The position numbers and the translations under genes were made by a program. 64,000 bases of DNA, taken from positions 73,036,001 through 73,100,000 of the forward strand of contig OX597823.1 of NCBI GenBank assembly GCA_951406725.2, read 5' to 3'. The DNA comes from Octopus vulgaris (Eukaryota). Shown in pieces: positions 40,160-53,496 of the stretch; the first letter of the stretch is position 1; each line of letters opens with the position of its first letter. The notes below the pieces were generated by a model. It had not been told where the DNA came from. It was given only the letters and a program-made list of their open reading frames with translations, and ran no database searches.

Positions 40160-41875
40160 ATTGAGGACCCTTATCAACAGAGTCAATTATTTGCCGAGGC
40201 TTTTTCAACTATTTTCAAACAAGATGATGGTCGTGAACCCCCTCCATTTGTTAGATCGGTACCTCCAATGCTTCGATTGGTCATCACGCGGGACGAAGTC
40301 AAACGTGTTATTCAAGGCCTCGATGTCAACAAAGGTCACGGCCCTGACGGCATACACCCACGGGTTATCAAAGCGTTGGCTCCGGTCATCTGCGAGCCCT
40401 TAACACGACTATTCAATATGTCATTGGCGACGGGTGTTATACCTGCAGACTGGAGAACAGCGATAATCTGCCCAATTTTCAAGAAAGGGAGCCGCGAAGA
40501 CCCGCTTAACTACCGACCGGTTTCCCTTACATCAATTATCAGCAAGATGTTCGAAACCATCCTTAAGAAAAGTATGATGCTCCACCTCCTAAACACAGCC
40601 TCTACCTCTGATTCCCAACACCGCTTCGTGCCGAAGAGATCATGCTTGACCAACCTACTAGTAATGGAAGAATTGGTGACGCGCATCCTCGATGATAGTG
40701 ATGCTGTTGACATCGTTTTACTGGACTTTGCCAAAGCTTTTGACTCGGTAAACCACCGCCTATTGCTTGTCAAGCTTCAAGCATATAGTTTCCATCCGGA
40801 TATTGTACGATGGGTTGGTGCCTTCCTCTCAGATCGCTCCTTCCAAGTCCAAGTTAATGGTTCGTGGTCCGACGTCTCCAGTGCGAGTAGTGGCGTGCCT
40901 CAAGGTTCAGTGCTTGGGCCCTTGTTGTTCTTAGTCTTCATAAATGACTTGCCTGACGACCTCACGCAACACACCCTTCTATTTGCCGACGATATCAAAC
41001 TGGTCGCTCCTCGCGGTAATATAGAGGATCTTCGTCGATGCCTCCACCAAATTTGGAAGTGGTCTAACAATTGGGACCTGTGTCTGAACGTGTCAAAGTG
41101 CTGTCATCTGCCTGTCGGCTCTACTCCTGCAACTCAACTTGATTTCGAGCCGGGTCGTCTGCTGCTGGAGAGGACCGATCAGGTAAAGGACCTAGGTATC
41201 TTGGTGGATTCCTCCTTTTCGCCTTCGGCCCAGTGCGTCCATGGTGCCAACAAAGCACGCAGAATTCTGTTCTTGATTCGACGGTCATTCGGAATGCTCA
41301 CAGCAGCCATATTCCTACCACTCTATGTCACGCTGTTGAGACCCATATTGGAGTACGGGATTCAAGCCTCTTCTTCTTATCTCCTCAAAGACATACAGCA
41401 TCTCGAAAGAGTCCAGAAGCTGGCTACCCGCATGGTTCATGGTCTCAAAAATGTGTCCTACGAAGAAAGGCTGAGGACGCTCGACCTTTATCCTCTAGAA
41501 AAACGCCGCCGCCGTGGTGATCTCATTCTCGCCCACAACATCATAAGCGGAAAGTGTAACCTCTCGAAAGAGCTGTTCTTCACTCCTGCTCCAGAGCGTC
41601 GGCTGCGGGGTCATTCCGAAAAGCTCTACCTGCGACGATTTCATCTCAATCGAAGGAGAGGAGCTTTCTCCGTCCGGGTTGCGGATCCATGGAACAAGCT
41701 GCCAGACGAGATGGTGAAGATGCCGACGACCGCTTTGTTCAAAGCCTCCCTTGACCTCAAGTGGCCTGAACTCTTTACATGAACACCACCCTGTACTTAA
41801 CTCCATGTCCCCCTACATGGCCTTGCTATTTGCTTTTGAGCCAAATTAACTAACTAAGTAACTAACTAACTAAAA
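40160..41875 (+). mobile_element. 5'-truncated CR1-group LINE with (AACT)n tail
   Basis: GC-richer block with an open RT frame, a short 3' UTR and the tail AACTAACTAAGTAACTAACTAACT. Confidence 0.92.
40268..41782 (+). CDS. Non-LTR retrotransposon reverse transcriptase (ORF2 C-terminal part; endonuclease lost)
   Basis: GPDGIHP, NYRPVSLTS, LDFAKAFDSV, GVPQGSVLGPLLF, LFADDIKL, KDLG and LERVQ motifs; the frame is also open upstream to about 40160. Confidence 0.92.
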   Translation: MLRLVITRDEVKRVIQGLDVNKGHGPDGIHPRVIKALAPVICEPLTRLFNMSLATGVIPADWRTAIICPIFKKGSREDPLNYRPVSLTSIISKMFETILKKSMMLHLLNTASTSDSQHRFVPKRSCLTNLLVMEELVTRILDDSDAVDIVLLDFAKAFDSVNHRLLLVKLQAYSFHPDIVRWVGAFLSDRSFQVQVNGSWSDVSSASSGVPQGSVLGPLLFLVFINDLPDDLTQHTLLFADDIKLVAPRGNIEDLRRCLHQIWKWSNNWDLCLNVSKCCHLPVGSTPATQLDFEPGRLLLERTDQVKDLGILVDSSFSPSAQCVHGANKARRILFLIRRSFGMLTAAIFLPLYVTLLRPILEYGIQASSSYLLKDIQHLERVQKLATRMVHGLKNVSYEERLRTLDLYPLEKRRRRGDLILAHNIISGKCNLSKELFFTPAPERRLRGHSEKLYLRRFHLNRRRGAFSVRVADPWNKLPDEMVKMPTTALFKASLDLKWPELFT

Positions 41876-42239
41876 TACAAACAAAATTCAAAGCACACGC
41901 GATTAGCCGTGAGCTGCAGAAAATATTCGAGTCTTGGGGATTCTGCAAGCGAATGTCACGTGCTTGTAAGTCCAGGTCACCTTCAAAAGACACACAAGCA
42001 ATAAAAATAAATACTGATACCTAGATAAAAATCTATAAAAAGAACGACTAATTTCCATGCCGGTTTCTTTACTATCAGAATGTATATAAAACATTAGAAA
42101 CTGAATAAATCCAAAATCATATGGTCTCTCTCATTTTCTGTATCTCTCTTTCCGTTTCACTATTGTTCTCTCTGATTCGCATTCTACTTGATTCTGAATG
42201 GAGACCATGATTGCGTATACAATTTATAATAACTAATAT

Positions 42240-42590
42240 TGAAGAAGCAGTTGGCAGGCAGTAAACTAACATATGCGTTAGCCCGCCAGACAAAACGCTT
42301 AGCACATATCGTCCATCTTTACTGTCTGAGTTCAAACTCTGCCAGGGGTTGACTTTGCCTTCTCTCCTTTAAAGGCAGTGAGCTGGAAAAATGATTAACG
42401 CATTCCGTTCTTCTTCACTTTCTTAGTTCAACCGTCGCTGGGGTTGAATTTAACTTTCATCCTCGAAGGGTAGCAGAATTCCACCGAGATCAATTTTGCG
42501 TTTAATCCTTCGGAAGTCGATGAAATAAGTGCCTATTCAAGACTTAACCTGTGCTCTGAACTTACTTGGCTTGTGATAAAATTTGAAACT
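42240..42590 (+). mobile_element. Decayed SINE family A-related pieces (tandem partial units)
   Basis: GAGTTCAAACTCTGCCAGGGGTTGACTTTGCCTT and TTTAATCCTTCGGAAGTCGATGAAATAAGT. Confidence 0.55.
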
Positions 42591-42813
42591 AATATTCAAA
42601 TGTAACTTACTTTATACTCATTAGACACGAACATGCAGAAACTATTTTTTTAATGATGTAGAATAAATATATGATACTATATTAATTGAAATTTAATTGA
42701 ACAAATATGACGCTCTGAATCACACGAGAAATTAAAGACATACACCTTTCAACAATTGTATTGCTTCCCTCCCATACATGAAAGAATGTTTACCGAGTCA
42801 GTAAACCGTTTGC

Positions 42814-42868
<55 letters not shown>

Positions 42869-42950
42869 CATATATATAGATAGATAAATACACACACACA
42901 CGCACATATGTATATAAATGCGTGTGTGTGTTTGTGTTTGTGTGTGTGTG

Positions 42951-43010
<60 letters not shown>

Positions 43011-43199
43011 CATCCTTATATTACTTTCATTCAACAGACTTGCGGCTATTCTGATATACCTTATTTAATAATGTAGGCGATTAAATGGATACGGAATTGT
43101 AAAGAGTCTACACCTTGTATTGTTTTTTCCGCTCTCTTTTTGTCTCTGTGTTACTCATTTGTTAAAACGGCAACTTGAAGCCTAGTTGGAAGTCACCCT

Positions 43200-43480
43200 A
43201 TAACTACACAGTTCGACAAACACAAATTAGGTGCAAATAGGTCAGCCGAAAAGGAGCATATCCATGAAACTGTTGCTTTGACGTAGACTTCCTATTACAG
43301 TGATATAGTGGCAAAAATTGGGATTTCTGAAAACCTATTATATGCTGATCGCTTCCACAATACACCAGAATTATGAAGAGGAAATTGGTTTCAGTCACCC
43401 TTGGAAATGAATGTAAACATCAACACAGTGAAGGGCTTTTATTTCAATCAAAACTCCATTTTCCACTTATGGAGCAAATT
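43200..43480 (+). mobile_element. Possible Merlin/IS1595-type transposase remnant
   Basis: NINTVKGF resembles the HTNTIEGFW motif, with a decayed H..N-type segment upstream; heavily mutated. Confidence 0.3.
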
Positions 43481-44220
43481 TAAGAAACTTATAACAGTAA
43501 TGATATTAAACGCAGCTATACTTGTCTCAATAACATCGGTTGGCATAATTAAAATGAACAGCCAGACTACTCTAATATCATCGACCAAATTAATACTACA
43601 ATAACCCCGCAAACTCTTTCGTATTTACATATGTACAAGTGTTATAGTTACGGTTGCAGAAGGTTTGGAATCATTGTCTATGCATGCAATTTCATTTGAG
43701 TGTTTGTGTGTGTGTGTCTGTGTGTGTGTGTGCGTGCGTGTGCGTATTCATTAGAATTATTTTTGTCTGTGTTTAAATCTAGTATAATTCTAAAAAGATT
43801 TATATAGAAAAATGAGCCATCTATATAGAATTTCATGTGTAATTGACACTTGTAAGGAAGATGATTTCAAAATTTAATTAAAAATACACTTCTTCTGTTC
43901 TTCGCACAACCTACGCAGAATATTTTACTCCTATCGGTGCCCAGGTTTTTGATAAAAGCCTAATTATCCAGCCACTGAAATATCAATAATTCCGGACTTT
44001 GTTAAATCTCTCCAAGCCGTCGTTGTTCGTGATGTATGAGATTATATGAAATTTGATTTCAGACACATCAAAGCTACTCGCGAAAACACCAATTCTATCT
44101 TTTTTCACACACTAAATATCATTATGATATCTATGACGACTTGTTTCAGTCCTAAGACTGCGGCCATGCTGGGGCACTGCCTTGAGAAAGATCCAGCATT
44201 CCCATCGCTAATGCTGGAAA

Positions 44221-44482
44221 ATATACTTAATTGAGGTATTTCATGAAAATATTTCAGGTATATACTTAATTGAGGTATTTTATGAAAATAATTGAGGTAT
44301 ATACTTAATTGAGGAATTTCATGAAAATAATTGAGGTATATACTTAATTAAGGCATTTCATGAAAATAATTGAGGTATATACTTAATTGAGGTATTTCAT
44401 GAAAATAATTGAGGTATATACTTAATGGAGGTATTTCATGAAAATAATTGAGGTATATACTTAATGGAGGTTTTTCATGAAA
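44221..44482. repeat. 39-bp minisatellite (about 6.5 copies)
   Basis: Unit GAAAATAATTGAGGTATATACTTAATTGAGGTATTTCAT, with an internal AATTGAGGTAT duplication. Confidence 0.95.
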
Positions 44483-44699
44483 ACGTATAGCGATTGGGTA
44501 GATAATTGCCAGCCTCACCAGCAATCTATAATATAACTTACGAATTGCATGACCTTAAGTTGGGCAACTGAATTTAGGAGGGCAAAGGAGAGAAGATAAC
44601 CCGATGTCTGGACGTCACATAAAACTGCCACCACCGATAAAAAAAAACATTGATCGTGTTCAACACATGTCGAAAGATAATAGTTGAATGACTATAAAA

Positions 44700-45512
44700 C
44701 AAATAGTCAAAGTTATTAATATATCCCGGGAGACAGTTGACAATATTTTGCACACTGAATGTGGCATAACGAAGGTTCATGCTCGATGAATGCCAACACT
44801 TCTGTTACCTAATCAAAAGCACACCAAGCTGATGACAAGACGGAAAAATTTGACATTGTTTGAGGCAGATCCAGATGGTCTTCTTGAATGTATCCTAACC
44901 CGTGAAGAGTGTTAGGTTCATCACTTTAAGCTAGAGCTAATCCATGCCACTGTAATACTCCTCCTCACCTGCCCAAAAGAAAACAAAGGTCGTTTCATCT
45001 CCAGGGATGGTAACGGCCTCGATTGTTTGGTGTGCAAAAGGTTTTATGTTTGTTGACTGTCTTCAAAAGGGCCACACATACGGAGTATACTAAGCCAATA
45101 TGCTGAGGGGGCTACCAAACGCTCAGGAAAGCTGATGAAATGGAGACTTCTTTCGTTAAGGCAATACTACAACACACATGCGCTTGGTTTCAATGACAGC
45201 TAAGCGTAGCTGTTGCTTTGAACTAGTTTAATACCGTCCCTATTCTCCTCCATTTTGAATATCATCTGTTCGACAACATGGAATACATATGGCTGGGAAC
45301 CAGTATCGCAGTGATGATGATGTCATATCTACTGCCGATAATTTTTTAGACAAACAGGATGAAAGCTTCTTCACGAATGGCATCCAAGCTCTGCAACACC
45401 AATGGAAAATGTGTGGAATTCAAGCGGGGTTTATTCTGAAAAATAGCCCTCATTTGGTCACTTTTCATGCGAAATTTTGGTCAGCCTATAAACTTTTCAA
45501 TCCAGCCTCGTA
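44700..45512 (+). mobile_element. mariner transposase remnant (C-terminal two thirds)
   Basis: MAGNQYRSDDDVISTADNFLDKQDESFFTNGIQALQHQWKMC; related to the 24.9-25.8 kb copy. Confidence 0.75.
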
Positions 45513-45561
45513 TTCATTGCATGACCAACTTCCAAAGTCACCGGACGTCATTGATATATAA

Positions 45562-45602
<41 letters not shown>

Positions 45603-45703
45603 TGTGTGTGTGTGTTTGTGTGTGTATGTGTGTGTGTGAGTATGTGTGTATGCGTGTGTATGTGTGAATGTGTATGTGCATGTGTGTGTGTGGACTCATA
45701 CAA

Positions 45704-45741
<38 letters not shown>

Positions 45742-46278
45742 CTGCGTATGAATTGCGTAAGTCGAATATATACTATGCTTAGTATACTTATAAGTCTAAA
45801 TTCACGTGGTTCTAGATTACTAAACAAGCAATATTATGCATCGGATGTGTAGAAAGAAGACATAAAATTATGTTTAAAAACGTATATATTTAAAGTAATG
45901 GGGGAAAATACGCATTTGCGATAAGACTTTACATAATTCCTTCTTTTATTTTATAATCTCTTTGTAAATATATATCTGAAGCCAAACTATGTTTCTATAC
46001 CTTAGTACTTCCATAGCAGCTAGATAAGGATGGAGCTTAAAACTAAGTTTCGAAGTCGATGAGCTGTGCCTGGATAAAGACGTTCGAGTTCATATTCATT
46101 TGTGTACTACGCTGTGCTACATACACTGAGCTTATTTTGCTTTCACCTAGTTAATCTGTATTCTCCAAGCTACCGAGAGCTTCTTATAGTTACCACGTAA
46201 TGTCGATGTTAGGGTGATATATCGGAAGATTGTAATAACTTGTCGAATCACAATTAATACTGTAGCTAAGCAGATACT

Positions 46279-46512
46279 TAGATGTACTTGCATAGCAAGT
46301 GATTTGATCTGAGATCGTGTGCTGAAACGAAAACAATTGCAGCGTGGAAGGTGTCTGTAAGCCATTTAAGAAACACACAAAAGCCGTTCGGTCTTAAAGG
46401 GACGAAAATATTTTGACAAATTAAACTTAAATGTTGAAGTGAATCGAACGGCTTTTGTGTGTTTCTTAAATGGCTTACAAACACCTTCCACGCTTCAATT
46501 GTTTGTTTGAAT
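46279..46512. repeat. Foldback insertion with 60-bp inverted arms
   Basis: Arms 46331-46390 and 46445-46504; possible 7-bp target duplication AGATACT at 46272 and 46513. Confidence 0.85.
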
Positions 46513-46706
46513 AGATACTCTTTTTCTCATATAACAACATATATCTCATAACACCCATCACTCAGCACAGATTCTTACATACATTTGCATATATACACAT
46601 ATGTATGTATATATGAATGCATGTATGTATGTAAGTCACGTTATAATTAATACATATAAATACATATGTATGTATGTATGTATGTATAAATACATATGTA
46701 TGTATG

Positions 46707-47128
46707 TCATTATTCAGTTCTATTTCAAGATTTCTGACCAATAAAGAAAAATCTTGTTTCTAGCTTAGATCCAAGTCTCCTTTATTGGAATTTCAATATC
46801 AATAACAGGGTATCTTTGAATGCTTGCATGTATGTATGCATGTACGTACGTATACGTGAAGATTCTTGTGGCTTATGCATATACTTGCAAATCTAGACAT
46901 GCTCATATATAATTAAATGATAAACTTCTGGGAAGTTTACAGATTTTACAGTTCCAGTGATGACTTGGATCTGTAGACTTAGAACCAGCTTTCTGCTTTC
47001 TGGTATTGGGAAGCCTAATATCTCAAGATTGGTATTTAGGCAGTCTATTACATATCCCAGTGCCACAATAGTTACAGGTATATATCTGAACTTGTAATCT
47101 GGAAAGAATAGCCGCAGATTTCTCAGTA
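46707..47128 (-). mobile_element. R4/Dong-type (restriction-like endonuclease) LINE 3' end within (TATG)n
   Basis: Minus strand LRNLRLFFPDYKFRYIPVTIVALGYV...LEILGF...LQIQVITGTVK matches the PIIIGALG...LQ..xxGT C-terminus; 3' end AAATAGAACTGAATAATGA. Confidence 0.65.
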
Positions 47129-47548
47129 TGTATATACGTATGTATGTATGTGTGTATGTATGTATGTATGTATGTATGTATGTAGGTAAGGTAGATACGT
47201 AGGTATGTAGGTAGATAGGTAGGTAGGTAGGTAGGTAGGTAGGTAGGTAGGTAGGTAGGTAGGTAGGTAAGTAGCTAGGTAGCTAGATATATATGTATGT
47301 ATGTAGGTACGTACGTACGTAGATATCTAAGTAGGTAGGTAGGTAGGTAGCTAGGTAGGTAGGCAGACAGACAGGTAGGTAGGTAAGTAGCTAGCTAGCT
47401 ACCTAGCCGTCTAGCTAGCTAGATATGTATGTAGCAAGCTAGATATGTATATATGTATGTATGTAGCAAGCTAGATATGTATATATGTATGTATGCATGT
47501 ATGTATGTATGTATGTATGTATGTATGTATGTATGTATATGCATGTAT
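47129..47548. repeat. Compound tetranucleotide microsatellite (TATG/TAGG/TAGC)
   Basis: Read directly. Confidence 0.95.
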
Positions 47549-47940
47549 GAGTGTGTTCGGTCTCCATAAAAAATATTCACGTTAGTGAGTACCATGTATA
47601 CATCTTTTTAAAGATCTGTTGATTACATAGATCACTTCAAATTCCTGCCAGTTTTAATATATTCTCTTACTGCATTTTTATATATCTTTCATCAGCATAT
47701 TCTTGGTATTACGACGCTTCATTAGTAGCGTCATCATAGATAGTCTTCCATCGATCTTTTATCATTTATGTAAATTTCCTCCTCAGTTCCATTGTTCTAT
47801 TTGCTGAAGACTTAACCTCAACTATTCCTGCTTATTAGGACACTATATTTTTATCAATCATTTTGTATACGACTTACGTAATGAAATCCAATATGGATGA
47901 ATTATACTATATGTATGTGTTGATTATATACGTGTGTGTT

Positions 47941-47982
<42 letters not shown>

Positions 47983-48327
47983 CCTGCTCGCTTAGCCAGC
48001 GGGGTGGCGTCATTCGAAGGCTAAAACAATGCGAACGCATTGTGACCAGCGATGTGTAACTACATCTGATGGACTGGTCGTAAAAACAAAATTTTTTAAA
48101 ATTATATATATATATACTTAGCTTATTTTTCCTTGGTGCTGACCTGATTGGAGCAATCTCGAGTATAACCAGCCGAAATTTCAAAGATAATCTGGAACTT
48201 GACTGAGGAGAGAAAACGCCGAATGATCCGTCCTTGTTTTCCTTATAGCGTCTGTCTGGATATTTTGTTTTCCTTTTTTGGTTTCACCTAACTGTCTGGA
48301 TGTTTTGTGTTCTTGTTTCATTTTTGT

Positions 48328-48376
<49 letters not shown>

Positions 48377-50039
48377 ATTTCGGGATAGTTATTTTCTTCC
48401 AAATAAACACACGCACTATATATTTCTTCTTCACTGTTTTTTTCCTGTTCTTATTCTAACTCATGTCCACTATTCAGAAATATTTCGTCACACATCTGTG
48501 ATCGCTTCAGCGACAGCTTCTGACTTCGTATGTGTGAGTGTGTGTGTGGGGGGGGGGGGGCTGTGCGTGTGTTTTTACGTGCACGCATGTATGCATAGCT
48601 ACAAGCATAAGTGTGTTGGTAAACATTTCGCTTCAAAACCTGTACTTCTATGACGAAACACTTGGTTGATCTTTTTTCTACTAGAGACATGCCAAGATTT
48701 ATATGAATTAAATGTAGTAGACGAAACGTATTCAATTGCATATAAACATATTTCTATTCAGGTGTGTGTATATGATTATATGTGAATGTGTTTGGATGCT
48801 TCACTTGGTATATTGGAATGCATAATCGTCCTTTAAATCCGTTCGAATTATTTTCCCCTCTTCAATGGCCACTGTACTTTTTCTTTCATATGACAATAAT
48901 TAGATACACTCTATGAATGCTACGTGTGATGATAGAATCGATTAAAATCCTTGATGCCCCAAACCAATAACGAAAATCACTAAAAGAAGAAAAGGTGAAT
49001 GAAAATGTGGAAGGACTTAATCCGAAACCTCTGATGACTTCCCTTTCTCATGTAAAACTATCTTGAGTCCCAAGGCATCCCAACCATGATTGGGTAGTCC
49101 TCGTATCAAAGATGATCCATCCAATTATGCTGTCATATATATATATATATATATATATATCTTTCACTCTATAGTGAAATGTAGTTTTCGTTTTGTATAC
49201 TTTTTTCTTTCTAGTAAAATTGAAAGACACGTTCATTTAGTTGTGATGTGCATAGCATAAATATACTGTTAGAAAATATATAATCTTACATTAAATCACA
49301 TCTCAACAAGATAGCAATTGATAAAAAGAGACAATTTTTCGACTATCCTGAAGACATTTTACCGCTAATGAATGTGTCCAAAGGCAACTGAAATAAAGTT
49401 GTGAAAATAATTGAAAACTCGTGATGATACCGTATTTAGAATGTGTAGTTAAGCTACTTGAAATCCTACTGCAAAACCCAATTATAATATTAAAAATGCA
49501 GTATGCCTTTAGAAATGACACGCAGTTTTCTTATATTGAAATTATATCCTACATTTTTGATTTTCACTCTCAACTGGTTTGACGTTACTTTACATGACAG
49601 CAAGACATACCAAATGTTAGTATGAATATGACTTAAGAATTAATAACGTACGCACCTACTCTTAATGAGGACTTACAACTAAGTTCACTCATGGTTTAAT
49701 GTATAAGTAGTTTGTATTTAGAGGAAGTGTTCTAGATATTGTTTTTTTTATATACCAACTTAATCAGGTAGAATAATTTTTTTTAGATAGTAGTTACTTT
49801 AATATCATTTTGCACTTGTGATCTCCTAACTGTTGATGTTGAAGTAAAGAGTAAACAGGTTAAGGTATGAAAGAAAAAGAAATGTATTTTCAAAGCATGA
49901 ATATTTAATTTAGGAGTAAAATCAATATAAACAGTACGATGTAACTTTGAGTTTGACTAAGCGCGAGTCTTCCTATTATAAAAGCTGTTAGATAACTACT
50001 CGATGCAACTTTTGTAATCTCTCTCTCCCTCCCACATGA

Positions 50040-50111
<72 letters not shown>

Positions 50112-50118
50112 ATGTATG

Positions 50119-50161
<43 letters not shown>

Positions 50162-51074
50162 TTATACATACATACATAAACATATATATGCATATATATA
50201 TAGGTTTGTCTGTTTGTGTGTGTTCCCCCAACTATAGCTCTTCTACCCCTTCCTCTCTTTAAATATGTGCACATGTGTGCGTATGTCTTGTGGTGTATGT
50301 TTATACATGAATATACATAGATTTCATTAAATACTTGCTTACACATAAACATACACGACTTCTTATCAACCATAAAATATAAGATTAAAGCGGTACCGAA
50401 ATGAAATTTTGTAACGTTCAGAACTTATCATTTGTGTTTAGATATGGTAAACAATTTCGAGAATAAATATAAGGCTTGTATCTACGAAAGAAAGAATAAA
50501 TAACACTTTCATTATCATATTCTTCATTATCATCATTAACATTATGAATAGCAATTAAAAAATAGCACCATTCTAGAATTTCAATGAAAGTTTAATCACA
50601 CCAGATAAAGCTAAAATCAGATATAGTTACAAATATAAGGAACGTCAATAATATAGACAACAGAGTGCAATTTAGATTGAGTTACCCGCTACATCAAATG
50701 CTAACAATGATAAGCAAGACTCCCTTGTCGGTTATTTCTTTTATCAACTTCTGAACGATAAATGACAAAGTCAATCCTGTGGGGATTTCAAATCAGGTTG
50801 TAACCGGAAGTAAATGTTATATTAGTCCCAACACCTTCGATTCTGACAATGATAATAATAAACACTAGGTTCCAATGTATTGATAGTCTTCACACAGTCT
50901 TCCTTGTACTGCAGCAATTTTAAACTGATCCGCGGAATATTTATATTTAAAGTAAAACCACAAATAATACATACGAGCATCTATAAACAAATGACTCTAA
51001 TAATGATTTTTTTCCTGATAATATCAAAAATAGTTTAAATATCTCCAATAAGAATACTAATACAATCTACGATA

Positions 51075-51260
51075 GACACAAAGCCTGAAATTTTGTGGGA
51101 ATCAGTCTGGTCGATAATATTGACCTCAGTATTTAATCAGTGCTTATTTCATCAACTCCGAAAAGATGACTGGCAATTTCAAGACGGAATTTGAACGCAG
51201 CCACGGACAAAATGCTATTAAGCACTTTGCCCGGAGTGCTAACGATCCTACCGCCTTTCT
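51075..51260 (-). mobile_element. SINE family A-related copy (decayed)
   Basis: Reverse complement of the family A head and core (ATTTGAAC...CCGGAGTGCTAACG). Confidence 0.55.
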
Positions 51261-51266
51261 ACCTTG

Positions 51267-51324
<58 letters not shown>

Positions 51325-51331
51325 CAACAAC

Positions 51332-51494
51332 AACATTCAGAAAATTGCACTACTAGGCACTACACACATCCTACGCAGAACACTTTCAATACAGTAACCA
51401 TCAGAGCATCACAAAAAATCACAGCACATACCCAAGGCACACAGAGCTGCGCTCGGTAGTGAAGTGAAAGCACGTTATAAAAATAAAACTACTG
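51332..51494 (+). mobile_element. R4/Dong-type LINE extreme 3' end inserted in (AAT)n
   Basis: NIQKIALLGTTHILRRTLSIQ* followed by a ~100-bp 3' UTR ending AATAAAACTACTG; flanked on both sides by (AAT)n. Confidence 0.75.
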
Positions 51495-51533
51495 AATAAC
51501 AATAATAATAATAATTATTATTATTATTATTAT

Positions 51534-51587
<54 letters not shown>

Positions 51588-51787
51588 TGTAATAATAGAT
51601 TTTAAAAAGGATTGACGTAACTCTTCAAAAAGGTAAACAGTCAAGACGAAAATTGTAAGATATCTTATTTGTTGAACGATATTTCAACAGTACGTCTGTC
51701 TTTGTCAAGTCCAAAATAAGAAGTGATAAAAATTCAAAATTATAGAAATTTAAACGTAAAGTGTGAACGAGAGCAACCAGCGTCCAC

Positions 51788-51881
<94 letters not shown>

Positions 51882-52401
51882 AAGAAGAAGAAGAAATGCC
51901 CTGATGCAATACCAGACATGCCTCTCATGTCTCCTTGTCTCAATTGATTGGAAGTGTTAACATGTATATGTTTTGTCTTGGTATAAAAAATGGATTCCAG
52001 CAAATATTTTGCTCAATGCCACAGATTTGCATGCCAGTTGTTTGGTCTTAATCAGTTGGGAGCTGACAATATGTGCATATCTGATCACAAGCAGAAGTAT
52101 TGTGGGGAAGAATCATAGCCTTTGGGGTTTGACTTATTTTACCTCTGGAAACATGGGTGTTTCGTTCATCATGAATCAAATCTTATTAAGGGACCTTTGG
52201 AACGAGATCGGCTACTCGACGTGAAGTGAATTTTATCTGGGCCCCACCTACAAGGTCATGCACTTTTTATCTTGATATGAGATCACCATAACGCGTAAAT
52301 ATGGTTGTGATGCATGTGTCTTGTGTTCTCTTATGAGACGGATAATCTGGGCTTCGTATATTCGTATTCCAGTATTTTAACAGTATGCGCTGCTCTCTCA
52401 C

Positions 52402-52501
<100 letters not shown>

Positions 52502-53327
52502 TCCGCAATGCAAAATTTTAAATTTGGCAATTCCCTGTTATTGGAGGGGCAAAATAAAACAGAAAATTCACGAAAAGGTAGATGAGGAATTTAAAATTAA
52601 GCATATCACAATCTGGGTGAAAGCGAATACTATATAGAGCCGATATTAAGTGTGACTTTCCTACCCATGTGACTAGTACTGCCGCTGCTACTACAACTAC
52701 TACTACAATTGCTACTACTTCTACATCTGCTGTTACTACCACTATCGCTGCTGCTTCTGTTGCTTATGCTTATGCTGCTGCAACTGCTGCTGTTGCTACT
52801 ACTGCTTCTGCAACTTGAAAATATTGTTGACAATGAATGTGAGGAGGTCTAAAATATTGTATGATCATTGACTTGGCGGGTATCGCTGAATAACGACAAG
52901 TATATGATTAGATCTGTAGCAACAAACTGTCATTGCAGAAGGCAGAAAACTGGTAAAACAAAAATATTCGAAAGAAGAACGTGAGGCAGAAAAGCAAAGA
53001 AAATATGAAAATATGGAGCTATATGGCCAGTTTAAAAGAGATAGTAAGCCCTAAAATTTTTTAACTGTCATGGGATTGGTTGAGAAGTGAAACCTAAAGC
53101 GGAGATCTGCCAGTGTAAAGAATGCAGCCGAAAACCAGCGCCTTAATAAAATTTGTCCCATTGTGGGTACAGTTCAGTCACGGCCTGCTCGAAAGCGGTA
53201 CTACTCTGCTTTGGGTTACAATTCATGTGGTCGCAGTAATTCGTCACAGATTGTTTTCTTCTCTGAAACTCCGTTGTCCGGACCCTTTAAAAAGCAATCA
53301 GTGTTTTAGCACACTGACACAAACAAA

Positions 53328-53433
<106 letters not shown>

Positions 53434-53496
53434 AATAAAACCCCATGCGTTTTCAGCGTCAAAAATAGTGAGGATCATTTCCGCCGCTAGCATATA

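Noticed and set aside
44221-44482. CRISPR-like regularly spaced repeats
   Set aside because: The units are contiguous with no unique spacers, there are no cas genes, and the context is eukaryotic; it is a minisatellite.
47800-47910. CTGAAGA...GAAATCCAATATGGATG hammerhead candidate
   Set aside because: Helix II does not close and the cleavage position is G.
49010-49050. GAAAC followed by CTGATGA
   Set aside because: The spacing is too short to form helices III and I.
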